DNA of 40,761 nucleotides. Origin: Parcubacteria group bacterium (GTDB taxonomy: Bacteria > Patescibacteriota > Minisyncoccia > Moranbacterales > UBA2206). The stretch is from NCBI GenBank assembly GCA_041659585.1, contig JBAZXY010000002.1:1-40761 (forward strand), read 5' to 3'. Made by a program: the position numbers and the translations under genes. Under the pieces are notes generated by a model, which made no database searches, was not told the origin of the DNA, and was given only the letters and a program-made list of their open reading frames with translations. Below are positions 9,735 to 16,820 of this stretch, one piece after another. The first letter of the stretch is position 1. Every line of letters begins with the position of its first letter.

Positions 9735-11066
9735 ATGTATTTTGATCTCACTCCCGAAATAACTTTAGATGAAAAAAAATTGCACCTCTATCGCAATTTG
9801 CGACCATGGTTATATATTTTTTCTTTTCTGCTCGCCTTCTATCTGACCTTCCGCATCCTCTTTCCTTCTCTTTTCTTTGAATTTTCTTTCAACAATCCCA
9901 AGGCCAAAAGCAACACTGTGACTAACCCGCGCAAAGAAGATGCTTCCCCTCTAGAAAAAGGTCTATTATCAGCTAAAAAAAATGTCTTTTTCAACACCTC
10001 TCTCATAGGCTCCTATTCCACCGCGCTAGTTTCTTTTTCCCTGGACAAAAAATCTGCACCCTTCTCTGCGCCAGAAGTGAATGTACAAAAATCCTACGCC
10101 GCATTTCTCTATCCAGACGGAGAGACTATGGGCTTTCGCAATGGAACCTTGTTGCAAAATAAAAATAACTACTATCTAGTCTCTCATAATAAGCTAAGAA
10201 AATTCGCTGACCCAGCTGTCGTTGATGCCTTGGGATTTTCCAAGAATGGATTTGTCGCAGCGGAAGATGATGAGTTGAGCTATAATTCTCCGGGACAAGA
10301 CATCACCAAGGGAACCGGCTATCCGGAAGACACCCTTTTTCATATCCAAGACGATTATTATGCACTGCAAAACAATACCCTGAAAAAGTTTGTCAGCGAT
10401 GCCGCCTTTTTCACCTACTATAAAAAAAATCAAGCCATTGAAAAGCCAGCCACTTTTCTCGGACAATACGCCATCACTGATGAGACCCTTGGGTTTGCAG
10501 AAGGTTCTTTGCTTTCTTATGCCGACACTATCTATATCATCAATGGAACAAGCATTTTTCCCATTGACAGCCCCATCACCTTCACCGGCAAAGGACTTGA
10601 TTGGAATGATGTTATCCCCGTCAGTGCCGATGAAATAGCTCTCTATAAAAAAGAAAGTCTTTTTACTATCGCCAATAGCCATCCCAATGGCACAATTTTC
10701 ACTACCATTGAAGATCAGCGCCACTATTTAATTCAAGACCAAACAAAGCATCTTCTCGCCGGACCGGACATCCTAGCGTCCTGGATCAACACCACTCCCA
10801 TTCCGGTTTCCCAAAAAAGCCTAGCTATCACAAGCAGTTGCCAGCCCCAAAAAGCCCTATTTAAACTCAATACTTTTGAATGCGTTATTCCCATCACCGC
10901 TATGCAAGCTCTCATAGGCAGTGATTATATCTTTTCCTTAAAGCCAGACACCAAAAATATCTTGGACTCCATTCATGTTGAATTTAAAAAAGATATTGGC
11001 ATGAGCAATCTCCGCTTTACGTTAAGCGAATTAATTAACCGCATAAAAAATAACTATGCTCGATAA
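9735..11066 (+). CDS. hypothetical membrane-anchored extracytoplasmic protein
   Basis: 443-aa ORF with a single N-terminal TM (WLYIFSFLLAFYLTFRILFPSLFF). It is tightly packed, starting 10 nt after the upstream stop. No motif recognised. Confidence 0.6.
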   Translation: MYFDLTPEITLDEKKLHLYRNLRPWLYIFSFLLAFYLTFRILFPSLFFEFSFNNPKAKSNTVTNPRKEDASPLEKGLLSAKKNVFFNTSLIGSYSTALVSFSLDKKSAPFSAPEVNVQKSYAAFLYPDGETMGFRNGTLLQNKNNYYLVSHNKLRKFADPAVVDALGFSKNGFVAAEDDELSYNSPGQDITKGTGYPEDTLFHIQDDYYALQNNTLKKFVSDAAFFTYYKKNQAIEKPATFLGQYAITDETLGFAEGSLLSYADTIYIINGTSIFPIDSPITFTGKGLDWNDVIPVSADEIALYKKESLFTIANSHPNGTIFTTIEDQRHYLIQDQTKHLLAGPDILASWINTTPIPVSQKSLAITSSCQPQKALFKLNTFECVIPITAMQALIGSDYIFSLKPDTKNILDSIHVEFKKDIGMSNLRFTLSELINRIKNNYAR

Positions 11067-11454
11067 AATAACATTGAAAAATACCTTTCAAGCCTATTCC
11101 CCTATCCTCTACAAGCTGTCTGGCGATAGCTTGCTCATCTTGTTATTCTTCTTTGTGATGGCGCTCATCGCTGAAGGATTGCTCCCTGGCATCATTTCCA
11201 ATCGCATCGGACTATACGCCATCGTAATGCTGCTTTGCGCCAATCTTTTTTTCACCATCACTCTAGCCAACCAACTAGCTCCGTCAGAAAAAAATATCCC
11301 CCACCAGAAAATTATCGGAGGAATATTGGCTATATTGGCACTCCTGATCTTCAACGCGCTACTGAGCCTGTCACTGCTTCTTAATCTCTTCCTCCTCCTG
11401 CTATCCGGCGCCACCATCTACTATATTATCCGAGTGCTTCAAGAGGAAAAATAA
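11056..11454 (+). CDS. small integral membrane protein (4 predicted TM)
   Basis: 132 aa, almost entirely hydrophobic. It overlaps the upstream gene by 11 nt, which suggests translational coupling. Confidence 0.55.
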   Translation: MLDKITLKNTFQAYSPILYKLSGDSLLILLFFFVMALIAEGLLPGIISNRIGLYAIVMLLCANLFFTITLANQLAPSEKNIPHQKIIGGILAILALLIFNALLSLSLLLNLFLLLLSGATIYYIIRVLQEEK

Positions 11455-11530
11455 GCCAAATCGCTCTTAAATCATAATCGCCCCGCCCTCTAGACAAAGT
11501 CTCTTTTTGGAGATAAAATGAGATTACATT

Positions 11531-13060
11531 ATGGAAAAATTAAAAAGAACTATTTTCTTTTGGACATTGGTGCTAATTTTTATTATCGTCGCCCCAACAG
11601 TGGTGATGTATGCCAAGGGCTACCGCTTCGATTTCAGTCGAGGGGTTTTTGTGCATAGCGGCACCATTTCCATCAAATCCAATCCGCAAGATATCCAGGT
11701 CAGCATCAATGGCCAAGTCGAAGACGCCAAGACACTCAACCGCATCAATAATTCCTATAACATCAGCGGCCTCTTGCCAAATAATTACGCCATCTCCGCC
11801 AGTGCCGAAGGCTATCAAACTTGGAGCAAAAAAACTGATGTGCACAGCGGGCTAGCCAGTGAATTTTGGAATGTGATTTTAACCAGAAACAACTATCCCC
11901 GCGCAGACTATGCCACAGAAGGTATTGAAAAATTTTTCATCTCTCCCAAGAGCAGTCTATTGATCTACACTAAAAATTCCCAGCAAAATTTGACCACGAC
12001 TATCTTCGACATCAAAAACAAAGCTCTTGTCAGCAGCTTCACTTTCACGGGCTGGAAACTCATCCCGGATACCCGCCGAGAAAATATTGAATGGTCACCG
12101 CAAGAAGACTACATCTCTGTGCCGGTGGAAAAACTATCTGAGGAATCCGTGCCGGCCAAACAAAAGATGAGCTCCCAGCAAGAAAGCGGACCGCAATATG
12201 CCTATTTTATTATCGACACTGCCAAGAAAACTTTTTTTAATCTCAATGAACTCCTGAAAAACAACGACATTAATTATGTACGGTGGGATCCCAGAGACAA
12301 GAACTATCTCTTCTATCTCAGTGGCGACGTTCTCTATCGGGCCAATATCAACAACATCAATGACCTGACTGCCATCGCTCAGGACATCTCCAGTTTTGAT
12401 CTCTCTAAAACCAACGTCTACTATTCGCAAATGCCTAACGAACTGGTATACAAAGCAGAATTCAATGGCCTAGGCAACCGTGTGCAACTGACCAGTGATT
12501 TCCCAGAAGACATCACCCGCAACTTCCGCCTCATCGCCTATGATGACAATCGCATCGCTTTTCTCACTCAAAACAAAACCTTATATATTTTCAACTCCGG
12601 AGAACTTGATACCTATTTCAAAAAACTAGGCACAGACATTGAAGGCATTCAATTTTCTGATGATGGGAAAAAACTCCTCTATTGGACCAAAAATCAAATC
12701 TCCACCTACTATCTGCGCAACTGGAATGTCGAGCCCTTGCGCACCGAAAACACCACTGAAGACATCGCTCGCTATGCTGACGAGATCAAAAATGTCCAAT
12801 GGTTCAAGGATTATGAGCATGTCATTTTCTCACTGGGCAACCAAATGAAATTCATTGAATTGGATCCGCGTGATCACCGCAATTGCATGGACCTGCCACA
12901 AACCACCCTCGCCAATCCTATTGCCGGATACAATCTCTATTTGGAAAAATTATTTTTCATCGACACGAATAATACTACTAACAATCTCTATTCTATTAAT
13001 TTTCCAGAAACTCTGCCTTTCCTAGGAGTCTTCAATCAGAACCAACCCGCTACGCAATAA
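11531..13060 (+). CDS. PEGA-domain protein with C-terminal beta-propeller-like region
   Basis: N-terminal TM, then GTISIKSNPQDIQVSINGQ...NNYAISASAEGYQTWSKKTDV (PEGA pattern). The C-terminal part is repetitive and rich in W, Y, D and N. Confidence 0.65.
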   Translation: MEKLKRTIFFWTLVLIFIIVAPTVVMYAKGYRFDFSRGVFVHSGTISIKSNPQDIQVSINGQVEDAKTLNRINNSYNISGLLPNNYAISASAEGYQTWSKKTDVHSGLASEFWNVILTRNNYPRADYATEGIEKFFISPKSSLLIYTKNSQQNLTTTIFDIKNKALVSSFTFTGWKLIPDTRRENIEWSPQEDYISVPVEKLSEESVPAKQKMSSQQESGPQYAYFIIDTAKKTFFNLNELLKNNDINYVRWDPRDKNYLFYLSGDVLYRANINNINDLTAIAQDISSFDLSKTNVYYSQMPNELVYKAEFNGLGNRVQLTSDFPEDITRNFRLIAYDDNRIAFLTQNKTLYIFNSGELDTYFKKLGTDIEGIQFSDDGKKLLYWTKNQISTYYLRNWNVEPLRTENTTEDIARYADEIKNVQWFKDYEHVIFSLGNQMKFIELDPRDHRNCMDLPQTTLANPIAGYNLYLEKLFFIDTNNTTNNLYSINFPETLPFLGVFNQNQPATQ

Positions 13061-13076
13061 TAGCGACGCACCATCT

Positions 13077-13108
13077 TAAAAAGAACTTTTTCTAACGTTC
13101 TTTTTTTT
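13077..13108 (+). terminator. weak intrinsic terminator after the PEGA gene
   Basis: aaaaagaac / gttcttttt stem with a 10-nt loop, followed by a T-run. Confidence 0.4.
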
Positions 13109-13124
13109 AATTTTCCCACATAAA

Positions 13125-13152
13125 AGGCGCTTCGATTTTAATCGAAGCGCCT
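13125..13152 (-). terminator. intrinsic terminator after the GNAT gene
   Basis: 12-bp perfect stem aggcgcttcgat / atcgaagcgcct with a 4-nt loop, followed on the minus strand by TTTTAT. Confidence 0.6.
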
Positions 13153-13160
13153 GGTGAAAA

Positions 13161-13706
13161 TTAGCTGTTCTGCAGTTCCCACTCTCGCTTCAGAAGACCA
13201 AATATGACGATATCGTGATATTGACCTCTCTTATAGGCCCCTTCGCGTACCAAACCATCTTGCTTGAAGCCAATTTTGCGATGCATGCCAATGCTCTTTT
13301 CATTGAAGGCATAGGCGCGAGAAGATATGCGATGCATATTCAATTCATCGAATCCATAGGCAATAATCAATTTGGCCGCCTCAGTGCCATAACCATGACT
13401 CCAATAATCCTTCTCCCCGATAGCGATACCGAATTCGGCATCCCTGTTTTTCCAATCAATGCCATGCAGACCGCAAGTGCCGATAGGAATGCTTTTTTCG
13501 CTATCCATCACTTCGATGACAAAAACAATATCTGTGCTTTTACGCGTGGTGCTCAGCCCTTCTAACCATTTTTCTTCCCCGATTTCTGTCATCGGCAGAT
13601 ACATGGAAAGATTACAAATAATTTCAGTGTCGTTAAACCACCGCAACATATTTGCCAAATAAGCTTTTGTTACGACTCTCAGTATGATTCTTTCACCTTG
13701 TAACAT
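13161..13706 (-). CDS. GNAT family N-acetyltransferase (RimJ/RimL-like)
   Basis: ...GTCGLHGIDWKNRDAEFGIAIGEKDYWSHGYGTEAAKLIIAYGFDELNMHRI... is the GNAT acetyl-CoA fold pattern. I start it at the ATG at 13706 (M26 of the track ORF) because AGGGAGGA lies 5 nt upstream. Confidence 0.85.
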   Translation of the reverse strand: MLQGERIILRVVTKAYLANMLRWFNDTEIICNLSMYLPMTEIGEEKWLEGLSTTRKSTDIVFVIEVMDSEKSIPIGTCGLHGIDWKNRDAEFGIAIGEKDYWSHGYGTEAAKLIIAYGFDELNMHRISSRAYAFNEKSIGMHRKIGFKQDGLVREGAYKRGQYHDIVIFGLLKREWELQNS

Positions 13707-14081
13707 AATATCCTCCCTACACCTAACTGTGGACGATTCCCTTTCCTCGAATGAGGCCTTCAAAAAGACTGCTTGTTTCAATTATTAAAGTACTTTTCCA
13801 GATATAAAAAAGCTCGGCTTTTTATCTAGCCGAGATGGTTTTTTGTCGCATGCAGTTTTATCCTGAGATTATGGCATCTCGCATCTAAAACTATTTAAAT
13901 TCACAAAAACCGCCTGGGCCAGATAAGCAACCATTAAGGTTGCTTTGCAATCGAAGATCACTGGAGAATTAGCTCCAGCTTGCCTTAGATTCATTCGGTT
14001 TTCGTGATATCTTTGCATATTTTTTACTTTACATCTACTTTTTATCATAAACTCCTATTTTTGTCAAATTTACGAACAACC

Positions 14082-14203
14082 AAAAAAGCCCTCACGGACT
14101 TTTTTGATTGGGCTATTTTGGAAAATTAAATCATTAAAAAGTTTAACCTTAATTTTAAATTCAAAATTAGAAATTAGAAATTCCCGGCCCTATTCCCACT
14201 TCG
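14082..14203. repeat. 122-bp direct repeat, copy 1 (partner at 16699-16820; 121/122 identical)
   Basis: Read directly: aaaaaagccctcacggacttttttgattgggctattttGgaaaatt...gaaattcccggccctattcccacttcg. The only mismatch is G/A. It carries a relic of the kinase 3' end (LLTKWE-stop at 14190-14210). Confidence 0.9.
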
Positions 14204-14224
14204 TCAATAGTTACTCAAAAGCTA

Positions 14225-14926
14225 TTACCTGTCTTTTTTGATAATAATCACTGCTTCAGCTAATAGATTTTGGAAGTCTTTATTTTTTGACCAAACATCT
14301 CTAAGCGCCTCCCTCAACTCAGCGTGCTCGGGATAGCCATTGTCTTGAGATAATATAATACCCCCAAATTCCGGTTCATTCAACAGAAACGTCAACGCCT
14401 CCTTTAGGTCCTCGATTTGCTCATCTGCCAATCCATTCTTTTCTAAATAATCCCGATAATAATACAAAAATTGCAGATGCATGATTTCATGGCAGATTGT
14501 AGTAATGGAAAAAGGGACACTATGCCACATTGAAACCATAAACCAACCCTCTTTTTCATCATAGGGACACATGAGTCCGGTAGTGAAATAACAATCAAAT
14601 CCTTCTTGAAAAATAGGTTTCTGCATAATGTCCGCCAAAATTTCAAAATATTTTTCTTCCACCAATCCCCAAGACTCCTCCAGAGCTCGCATCTCAGCAC
14701 GCATCACCCGATTCTTATATTCTGTTTTCACATTTTTTTTGATATATTCCGCTACAATTGCTTGCGCCTGAGCAAAGCCGGCTTTTTCGATTTGCACTAG
14801 CAGCTCATCCGGGATTTGCGCAATTTGATCGCGCCAATTCAAGCCCCAGACATTTCTGTCTTTGGCAATCACTACCCAGCTCCACGCATCTTTTTCTAAA
14901 TTGTAATCAAATGTAACTTTAACCAT
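14225..14926 (-). CDS. HExxH-motif protein, putative zinc metallopeptidase (candidate RiPP leader peptidase)
   Basis: 233 aa, soluble, with ...ITTICHEIMHLQF... (HExxH). It is the last gene inside the repeat-bounded cassette. No closer family recognised. Confidence 0.6.
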   Translation of the reverse strand: MVKVTFDYNLEKDAWSWVVIAKDRNVWGLNWRDQIAQIPDELLVQIEKAGFAQAQAIVAEYIKKNVKTEYKNRVMRAEMRALEESWGLVEEKYFEILADIMQKPIFQEGFDCYFTTGLMCPYDEKEGWFMVSMWHSVPFSITTICHEIMHLQFLYYYRDYLEKNGLADEQIEDLKEALTFLLNEPEFGGIILSQDNGYPEHAELREALRDVWSKNKDFQNLLAEAVIIIKKDR

Positions 14927-14932
14927 AAACTA

Positions 14933-14961
14933 ATTATACTAAAAAAATAGGGAGTAATCAA
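14933..14961 (-). promoter_or_regulatory. sigma70-like promoter (TTGATT-17-TATAAT) ending 6 nt before the ATG, giving a possible leaderless mRNA
   Basis: On the minus strand TTGATT is at 14961-14956 and TATAAT at 14938-14933. Only tagttt separates the -10 from the ATG at 14926, and there is no SD. Confidence 0.4.
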
Positions 14962-14981
14962 ATATAAACTTGATTACTCCC
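14950..14981 (-). terminator. intrinsic terminator/attenuator between the rSAM and HExxH genes
   Basis: 12-bp stem gggagtaatcaa / ttgattactccc with an 8-nt loop, followed on the minus strand by TATTTTTTT. Confidence 0.55.
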
Positions 14982-14991
14982 CTATTAAAAA

Positions 14992-16365
14992 CTACTTCGT
15001 CTGCTCATACAGATCCCAAATTAACCAATTCAGGGTTTCTTTCGCATGAATGCAAAAATTATCATCAATATCCCAGATACTACCGTTATTCATTTCCGCA
15101 TTATGAGGACATCCACCACCGCAAATAGTCAACGCCTCACAATTATGACATTTAGGCATATTGATAGGAGAACGCTTACTCCATTCTTTCCAGAACGGAT
15201 GTTCAAATGGATCAAAATCAGGATCAGGATTAACAAAAAACTCTTCTGTGCCACTATAAGCATGACACACTCCAATTTTTCCATTCGGGAGAATCACTAC
15301 CTGCTTACCGCATCCACAACAATCACGATCATAAATAGTTCCATCCACAAAAGCTTTCACCTTGCGCATCATTCGCGCTTCGTAGATACCGCGTTCTCGT
15401 GCAATCTCAAAGCACTCAATCATTGCATGCGCCACTCTATTAGGATAGCCTGAGTCATTGATTTTATATTGATGACTATTCAACAATGGATTGAAACCAA
15501 CATTACTTATTCCAACATCATCCAGAAACCAATTAAAAATCTGTGGCAATTTATCTACATTGGCCTCACTGACAGTGCAGGATATACATGCTTTGGCACC
15601 AACCTCCTTCAGAATAGATATTCCTCGCACAACATCATCGAATGTTCCGCTACTTTTTCCAAGCCAAACTCGGCAAGCATCATGAACTGATTGATATCCA
15701 TCCAATGAAACATCCACTTCTATATTATGTTTTGCACAAAACGAAGCGATTTCATGGTTAATCAAAGAACCATTTGTATTAACATTCATCGTCAGATTTT
15801 GTGGCAATGCTCCAGACCGCTTAAGAGCAGCCACCTCCTCAACTGCAACAAAAAAGATGTCAGCATTAATAAATGGCTCACCTCCGTAAAAAACAATGCT
15901 TGGCTCATATGGATGAAAATCGGTGTATTCGCAAGCCTTTTTTAAAAAACCTGCAAATTGCCTCACCGAGGCTATGGCCATATCCTTCGTCATATTTATT
16001 GCTTTTTCCTTTGGACCATCATAAGAGCCCTCAAAAAAACAATAAGTACAACCAAAGTTGCAGTTGTTCGTTAAGAGCAGATAGAGCGTGTCGATAGAGG
16101 GATGTTGAAGAATCGATTCTTGCAGTGATTTAAGACTCTCATCCTCATTCATATCAATCGCTACTACGAGATTTTTTTGAACCAAGTATTTTATCGCTTC
16201 ATTATCAACATCGACGGAAGATGCTTGAGATAAGTAATTACGCATATCAATAAGATTTGCGCTAGTGACAAAGACTACTTCCCGGGACAAAGCATGAAAA
16301 ATTGCAGTAATCCCATTTTTTTCGAAAAAGTGTACAAATTTAGAAAACTTAAGAGCATTCTTCAT
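14992..16365 (-). CDS. radical SAM / SPASM-domain peptide maturase with about 95-aa N-terminal (RRE-like) extension
   Basis: CNFGCTYC (CxxxCxxC) lies at about residue 100. The C-terminal auxiliary-cluster motifs are CCGCGKQVVILPNGKIGVCH and CHNCEALTICGGGCPHNA (SPASM). The ATG at 16365 has AAAGGAGAG 5 nt upstream; the track ORF begins at a GTG at 16386. Confidence 0.9.
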   Translation of the reverse strand: MKNALKFSKFVHFFEKNGITAIFHALSREVVFVTSANLIDMRNYLSQASSVDVDNEAIKYLVQKNLVVAIDMNEDESLKSLQESILQHPSIDTLYLLLTNNCNFGCTYCFFEGSYDGPKEKAINMTKDMAIASVRQFAGFLKKACEYTDFHPYEPSIVFYGGEPFINADIFFVAVEEVAALKRSGALPQNLTMNVNTNGSLINHEIASFCAKHNIEVDVSLDGYQSVHDACRVWLGKSSGTFDDVVRGISILKEVGAKACISCTVSEANVDKLPQIFNWFLDDVGISNVGFNPLLNSHQYKINDSGYPNRVAHAMIECFEIARERGIYEARMMRKVKAFVDGTIYDRDCCGCGKQVVILPNGKIGVCHAYSGTEEFFVNPDPDFDPFEHPFWKEWSKRSPINMPKCHNCEALTICGGGCPHNAEMNNGSIWDIDDNFCIHAKETLNWLIWDLYEQTK

Positions 16366-16397
16366 TTTATCTCTCCTTTTAAACACCTAAAGAATAA

Positions 16398-16425
16398 GGG
16401 AATGCACATTATTCTGTGCATTCCC
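16398..16425 (-). terminator. stem-loop (attenuator-type terminator) between precursor and maturase
   Basis: Perfect 11-bp stem gggaatgcaca / tgtgcattccc with a 6-nt loop. On the minus strand it is followed by TTATTCTTT. Confidence 0.6.
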
Positions 16426-16445
16426 TTCGGCTTACCTAGAAAATC

Positions 16446-16598
16446 CTAGGTTGTTACTTTGATCACACCAGTCTTACTGCAGCCATTGCCACCGCCAGAA
16501 CAAGATGAACAAGCTCCACATTTGAGATTCATGGCAACCTTTGATTCAAGCTTGCCAAGAACTTTCCGATAATGTTCGTCCCTCGGGATAATCAACAT
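16446..16598 (-). CDS. 50-aa Cys-rich putative RiPP precursor peptide (below ORF-track size cutoff)
   Basis: Hand translation gives MLIIPRDEHYRKVLGKLESKVAMNLKCGACSSCSGGGNGCSKTGVIKVTT. GGAGGTGG lies 6 nt upstream of the ATG. It sits directly upstream of the rSAM/SPASM gene on the same strand and has its own promoter. Confidence 0.65.
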   Translation of the reverse strand: MLIIPRDEHYRKVLGKLESKVAMNLKCGACSSCSGGGNGCSKTGVIKVTT

Positions 16599-16665
16599 TC
16601 TTTCCACCTCCATTTAATTCTTAATGAACATCCAATAACTAACACCATTGATAGCTATTATCCGC

Positions 16666-16694
16666 ATATTAGCAATACGCCATCACATTGTCAA
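16666..16694 (-). promoter_or_regulatory. sigma70-like promoter (TTGACA-17-TAATAT) for the precursor/maturase transcript
   Basis: On the minus strand TTGACA is at 16694-16689, followed by an exact 17-nt spacer and TAATAT at 16671-16666. Confidence 0.55.
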
Positions 16695-16698
16695 ATAA

Positions 16699-16820
16699 AA
16701 AAAAGCCCTCACGGACTTTTTTGATTGGGCTATTTTAGAAAATTAAATCATTAAAAAGTTTAACCTTAATTTTAAATTCAAAATTAGAAATTAGAAATTC
16801 CCGGCCCTATTCCCACTTCG
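16699..16820. repeat. 122-bp direct repeat, copy 2 (overlaps the last 14 nt of the histidine kinase CDS)
   Basis: Near-identical to 14082-14203. It contains the kinase stop codon and its AT-rich trailer. Confidence 0.9.

Noticed and set aside
13900-13990. Two short hairpins (agcaacc/ggttgct and ctggag/ctccag) in the 440-bp gap between the GNAT gene and repeat copy 1. I considered them as a tRNA or small structured RNA.
   Set aside because: I could find no tRNA cloverleaf, T-loop (GTTCGAATC-like) or other recognisable RNA-family motif. This needs a covariance-model scan (Infernal/Rfam) before any claim.
13869-14018. 49-aa minus-strand ORF (MQRYHENRMNLRQAGANSPVIFDCKATLMVAYLAQAVFVNLNSFRCEMP). 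It lies downstream of the ttgtcaaat block shared with the precursor promoter, so I considered it as a second or decayed RiPP precursor.
   Set aside because: It has no Shine-Dalgarno sequence and no Cys-rich core. Its shared 8-mers with the real precursor (atgaatct, ggcaagct) are not collinear and are within chance expectation for this comparison size.
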